NCBI GenBank assembly: GCA_965215605.1
Contig: CBDCDX010000004.1
Coordinates: 1-13,686 of the forward strand
Reading direction: 5' to 3'
Source: an uncultured Candidatus Binatia bacterium
GTDB taxonomy: Bacteria; Desulfobacterota; Binatia; UBA9968; JAJDTQ01
Length of the DNA stretch: 13,686 bases
How positions within the stretch are numbered: the first letter of the stretch is position 1; the number at the start of each line of letters is the position of its first letter. Under the pieces are notes generated by a model, which saw only the letters and a program-made list of their open reading frames with translations, was not told the origin of the DNA and did no database searches. A program made the position numbers and the translations under genes. Shown piece after piece: positions 10,475-13,686 of this stretch.

Positions 10475-10550
10475 TGGAGCGGGAAACGAGGTTCGAACTC
10501 GCGCCCTCAACCTTGGCAAGGTTGCGCTCTACCAGCTGAGCTATTCCCGC
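10475..10550 (-). tRNA. tRNA-Gly (GCC), 76 nt, CCA encoded
   Basis: GCGGGAATAGCTCAGCTGGTAGAGCGCAACCTTGCCAAGGTTGAGGGCGCGAGTTCGAACCTCGTTTCCCGCTCCA, anticodon GCC. Confidence 0.98.
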
Positions 10551-10572
10551 ACACTTAACTTCCCGCTTGCTC

Positions 10573-10612
10573 GGTGGGGGAATTATAAAGAAAAAAACAA
10601 CGGATAATCCAA
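10573..10612 (-). promoter_or_regulatory. Putative tRNA operon promoter
   Basis: Perfect TATAAT (10587-10582) followed by a C-rich discriminator TCCCCCACC, about 30 nt upstream of tRNA-Gly. The -35 is weak (TTGGAT at 10612-10607, 19-nt spacing). Confidence 0.55.
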
Positions 10613-10750
10613 TAAATTTCTTGCACCGGTCTTTCACGCGAGCACGTTTTTTCAGGCACTTGGCCTATCTTTTCCGAGTAGCCGCAACTTCAGGCAATCC
10701 GGTGAGATTCTCCGTCAGGCCAAATGAATCTCCAATCCTTGCATTCGTCT

Positions 10751-11356
10751 TTATTCGTCCATCTTGCCCTCGGAAAGAAACGGCCATGCCGACCTTAGGT
10801 AGACCGTCATCGACCACAACGTAAGTATGGCTGCCGCATACAGAAATGCCTCCCCCACCCTGAACAGCGCAATCGTGCCAATCGGGGTGTCAACAGGCTG
10901 CCCGTAGAGCAGCATGACGATTGCAACCATCTGAGCCAGCGTCTTGAACTTTCCCAGCCAGTTGGTGGCAATTTTCGTACGGCTTCCGAGTTCGGCCATC
11001 CATTCGCGAAGCGCTGCCACGCTGACTTCCCGACCGACAATGATGATTGCCGAGAGAATGAAGATGCCGACCGAGAGCGTCTGTTCGGTCACAGAAGGGT
11101 CCGAGACCAGAAGAACAAGCGCAGTGCACACCATAAGCTTGTCTGCAATGGGATCCAGAAACGTCCCGAATGGGGAAACCAGTGCGAGCTTGCGCGCCAG
11201 ATATCCGTCAAGCATGTCGGTAAACGCGGCGGCAACGAATATGATCGTCGTGGTCAATTGGCGAACTTCGCCGGATAAAAGCAGATACGCGGCGATAAGG
11301 AACGGAATCGAGAAAATTCGCGCAACAGTCAATGCATTGGGGAGGTTCAGCCACAT
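10751..11356 (-). CDS. pgsA: CDP-diacylglycerol--glycerol-3-phosphate 3-phosphatidyltransferase
   Basis: NLPNALTVARI start and the CDP-alcohol phosphotransferase motif DMLDGYLAR...GTFLDPIADK, plus GRE...LREWMAELG and GKFKT. Classic uvrC-pgsA-tRNA-Gly synteny. Start taken at ATG 11356 (MWLNLPN) rather than 11374. Confidence 0.97.
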   Translation of the reverse strand: MWLNLPNALTVARIFSIPFLIAAYLLLSGEVRQLTTTIIFVAAAFTDMLDGYLARKLALVSPFGTFLDPIADKLMVCTALVLLVSDPSVTEQTLSVGIFILSAIIIVGREVSVAALREWMAELGSRTKIATNWLGKFKTLAQMVAIVMLLYGQPVDTPIGTIALFRVGEAFLYAAAILTLWSMTVYLRSAWPFLSEGKMDE

Positions 11357-11360
11357 GTCG

Positions 11361-13169
11361 TCAATTCGGTCCATGGAATGAGTAGTAGATTTTTTCTGCC
11401 AGTTCCGCGCTTATTCCCGGAACATCCGTCAACTCGTCAATGCCCGCGCGCGACAGGCCCTGCAAGCCACCAAAGTGCTTCAAAAGATGCGAACGCCTCC
11501 GGGCACCAATGCCTGGAATGTCTTCCAGAGTTGAATTCCTGCGTGATTTGGCAAGCCGGCTTCGATGTCCGAGCAAGGCGAACCGGTGTGCTTCATCGCG
11601 AATTTTCTGCAACATCAGCAAGGCATCGGGTTCGACATCGATCGCAGATTCAACGCCTGGCGTCCAAAGCTGCTCGCAGCCCGGCTTCCTCTGTTTTCCC
11701 TTTGATATCGCAATCAGCTGAATTTCTGAAATTTGCAGTTCGTCAAAAACGTCGACCGCGACCTGAAGCTGTCCTGTCCCGCCGTCAATCAGGACCAGGT
11801 CCGGAATCTCGATCTCCGATTCCCTGGCCTTCCTGTATCGCCGATGAAGCGCCTGTCTCATCGCTGCGTAGTCGTCGCCAGGCTCGATATCGGAAATGTT
11901 CATACGCCTGTATTCCGACTTGAGCGCTCCGCCGGGGTCGAACACGACGCATGAAGCCACAGTCTTGTCGCCGGCCATGTGGCTGATGTCAAAACATTCG
12001 ATGCGGCCGGGAGGCTGCTCTAAGCGCAGCGACCTTGCCAGCGATTCCATCCGGATATCCATAGATTCGGTTTGCGCGTTGCGCCGGCGAATCGAATCGC
12101 GCGCATTGAGCTGGGCAAGTTGAATGAGCTTTCGCTTTGCGCCGCGCTGAGGCCGGCGAATTTCGATTCGCCTGCCATTTTGCTCGCCCAAGGCCCGCGA
12201 AATCAGATCCATCTCCGGAAATACATTGTCGACGAGAATCAGCGGAGGGCACTGATGCGACAGATAGTATCGAGGAACAAACTCCGCTAGAATATCGATT
12301 TCGTCAATCTGTATGGCCAGCTTGGGGAAAAATGAGCGATGGTCTACGTTGCGCCCGCTGCGTATCGAAGTGAGCGCAATGCAAGCGGTGCTGCCCGCCT
12401 TTTCGACCGCAATGACATCGGTATCGCTTTCACCTCCGTCTACTTGCTGCGATTCGAGAAGCCGCTGCACCGCGGTAATTCGGTCGCGAAACTTGGCTGC
12501 CGTTTCAAATTCCAATTCCGCAACCGCCTGGTCCATGCGCGACATCAGCATCTCTTGCAGCTTGTGATTTCTGCCCGAAAGGAAATCAATCACCTGCTCG
12601 ACATCTTCCATATACGTCATCTGATCAATGTGCCCGACGCACGGACCGCTGCAGCGGTTGATTTGAAACTGCAGGCACGGCCGGCTGCGATGCCGGAAAT
12701 ACGAATCCCTGCACTGACGCACGGGAAACGCCTTTTGCAGCTGCGACAGGGTGTTGCGAACCGCTGAAGCACTGCTGAACGGCCCGAAGAACCGCCCCGC
12801 CTCCTTGCGGTTGCCGCGATAGAACCGCAAGCCGGGATAATCGTGCGAAAGGTCCAGATGAATGTACGGATAGCTCTTGTCATCGCGAAGATTGATGTTG
12901 TAGCGGGGCTTGTGCTCCTTGATCAGATTGTTTTCCAGCAGCAGCGCTTCGGTTTCGTTGCGCGTGACTATCGTCTCGATGCTCGCCAACTGGCGCATTA
13001 CAGCTGCAAATCGATGCGACAGCTGCGAAGGCCGCAAATGAGTCGTCAGACGATTCTTCAGATTGTTCGCCTTGCCGATATACAGATACGCCCCGCCTTC
13101 GTCTTTCATGGCGTACACGCCGCATGACCGGGACACGGAACCGAGAAACCGCTTTGCGTTGAACTTCAT
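11361..13169 (-). CDS. uvrC: Excinuclease ABC subunit C, 602 aa
   Basis: GIY-YIG domain (GVYAM...LYIGKANNLKNRL, EALLLENNLIK, PRYNINLRDDKSYPY), Cys cluster, UVR domain (LEFETAAKFRD), RNase H-like domain (ECFDISH, LIDGG, RDEAHRFA) and C-terminal HhH (IPGIGARR, VPGIS). Confidence 0.99.
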   Translation of the reverse strand: MKFNAKRFLGSVSRSCGVYAMKDEGGAYLYIGKANNLKNRLTTHLRPSQLSHRFAAVMRQLASIETIVTRNETEALLLENNLIKEHKPRYNINLRDDKSYPYIHLDLSHDYPGLRFYRGNRKEAGRFFGPFSSASAVRNTLSQLQKAFPVRQCRDSYFRHRSRPCLQFQINRCSGPCVGHIDQMTYMEDVEQVIDFLSGRNHKLQEMLMSRMDQAVAELEFETAAKFRDRITAVQRLLESQQVDGGESDTDVIAVEKAGSTACIALTSIRSGRNVDHRSFFPKLAIQIDEIDILAEFVPRYYLSHQCPPLILVDNVFPEMDLISRALGEQNGRRIEIRRPQRGAKRKLIQLAQLNARDSIRRRNAQTESMDIRMESLARSLRLEQPPGRIECFDISHMAGDKTVASCVVFDPGGALKSEYRRMNISDIEPGDDYAAMRQALHRRYRKARESEIEIPDLVLIDGGTGQLQVAVDVFDELQISEIQLIAISKGKQRKPGCEQLWTPGVESAIDVEPDALLMLQKIRDEAHRFALLGHRSRLAKSRRNSTLEDIPGIGARRRSHLLKHFGGLQGLSRAGIDELTDVPGISAELAEKIYYSFHGPN

Positions 13170-13189
13170 ACGAATAATCTTTCAAGAAT

Positions 13190-13218
13190 TTGGATTTCTG
13201 CAATTAAGAGTGTACCAT
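13190..13218 (+). promoter_or_regulatory. Possible sigma70 promoter for efp
   Basis: TTGGAT (13190-13195), 17 nt, TACCAT (13213-13218) in the AT-rich divergent intergenic region. The match is only moderate. Confidence 0.3.
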
Positions 13219-13312
13219 TAACGCCGCCGCAAGCGGATACGAGTTGCGCAGAGCGGCCGTTCCGAATCCAACAGCGCAAGATTGTTCCCATCCAGCATCC
13301 GAGGCTCACGAC

Positions 13313-13686
13313 ATGAAATTATCGGCATTCGAAATACGCGTAGGAAATCTCATTGAGATGGACGGTTCGCTTTGGCGCGTACTTCAAAAAAGTCACGTAA
13401 AGCCCGGAAAAGGCGGTGCATTTGTCCAATTGGAAATCAAAAATATTGTCGCCGGGACGAAGCGGAATGATCGATTCCGCTCGGACGACAAGCTGGAAAA
13501 GGCCCATGTGGAAGCAAAAACGATGCAATACCTGTATCAGGATGGCGACAGCTATGTGTTTATGGACAATGATTCATACGAGCAACTCGAATTGACGCAG
13601 GATGATCTCGGCGATCAGGCCGGCTATCTGCTCGAGGGCATCGAAGTGCAGATCAATTGCTACAACGACTCGCCTATCGGCATCGA
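13313..13686 (+). CDS. efp: Translation elongation factor P (truncated by the right edge)
   Basis: Not in the ORF track (no stop in window). Manual translation: MKLSAFEIRVGNLIEMDGSLWRVLQKSHVKPGKGGAFVQLEIKNIVAGTKRNDRFRSDDKLEKAHVEAKTMQYLYQDGDSYVFMDNDSYEQ..., with the KPGKG loop and the QYLY...FMD...YEQ signature. Confidence 0.98.
   Translation, partial: MKLSAFEIRVGNLIEMDGSLWRVLQKSHVKPGKGGAFVQLEIKNIVAGTKRNDRFRSDDKLEKAHVEAKTMQYLYQDGDSYVFMDNDSYEQLELTQDDLGDQAGYLLEGIEVQINCYNDSPIGI

Noticed and set aside
10544-10566. 7-bp repeat GCGGGAA of the tRNA-Gly 5' end, 16 nt upstream
   Set aside because: Too short to distinguish from chance, and att sites normally duplicate the 3' half.
10214-10637. Several ORFs of 64-135 aa on both strands
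   Set aside because: They overlap the two tRNA genes, their promoter and the terminator hairpin.

Overview
The right end of the window is conserved proteobacterial core genome: efp (+, truncated by the edge), divergent from uvrC-pgsA-tRNA-Gly(GCC)-tRNA-Cys(GCA) (all -). Downstream of tRNA-Cys an AT-richer accessory or defence region begins, all on the - strand. It holds a sigma70-like promoter, a 109-aa membrane ORF, a chimeric remnant (DNA methyltransferase N-terminus joined to a small hypothetical protein), and a tightly coupled operon hsdM-hsdS-[PD-(D/E)xK nuclease]-[1090-aa Ski2-like SF2 helicase]-hsdR. The nuclease/helicase pair resembles Hachiman HamA/HamB (AbpA/AbpB-like) and sits inside a type I restriction-modification operon between hsdS and hsdR. 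hsdM, the helicase and the visible part of hsdR read as intact. The second half of hsdS and the nuclease gene carry a dense cluster of frameshifts that all read as base insertions, plus a 42-bp duplication containing 7 single-base insertions. This pattern suggests a consensus or assembly artefact, or allelic heterogeneity, more than ordinary gene decay. Family assignments come from motif recognition only; no database searches were run.
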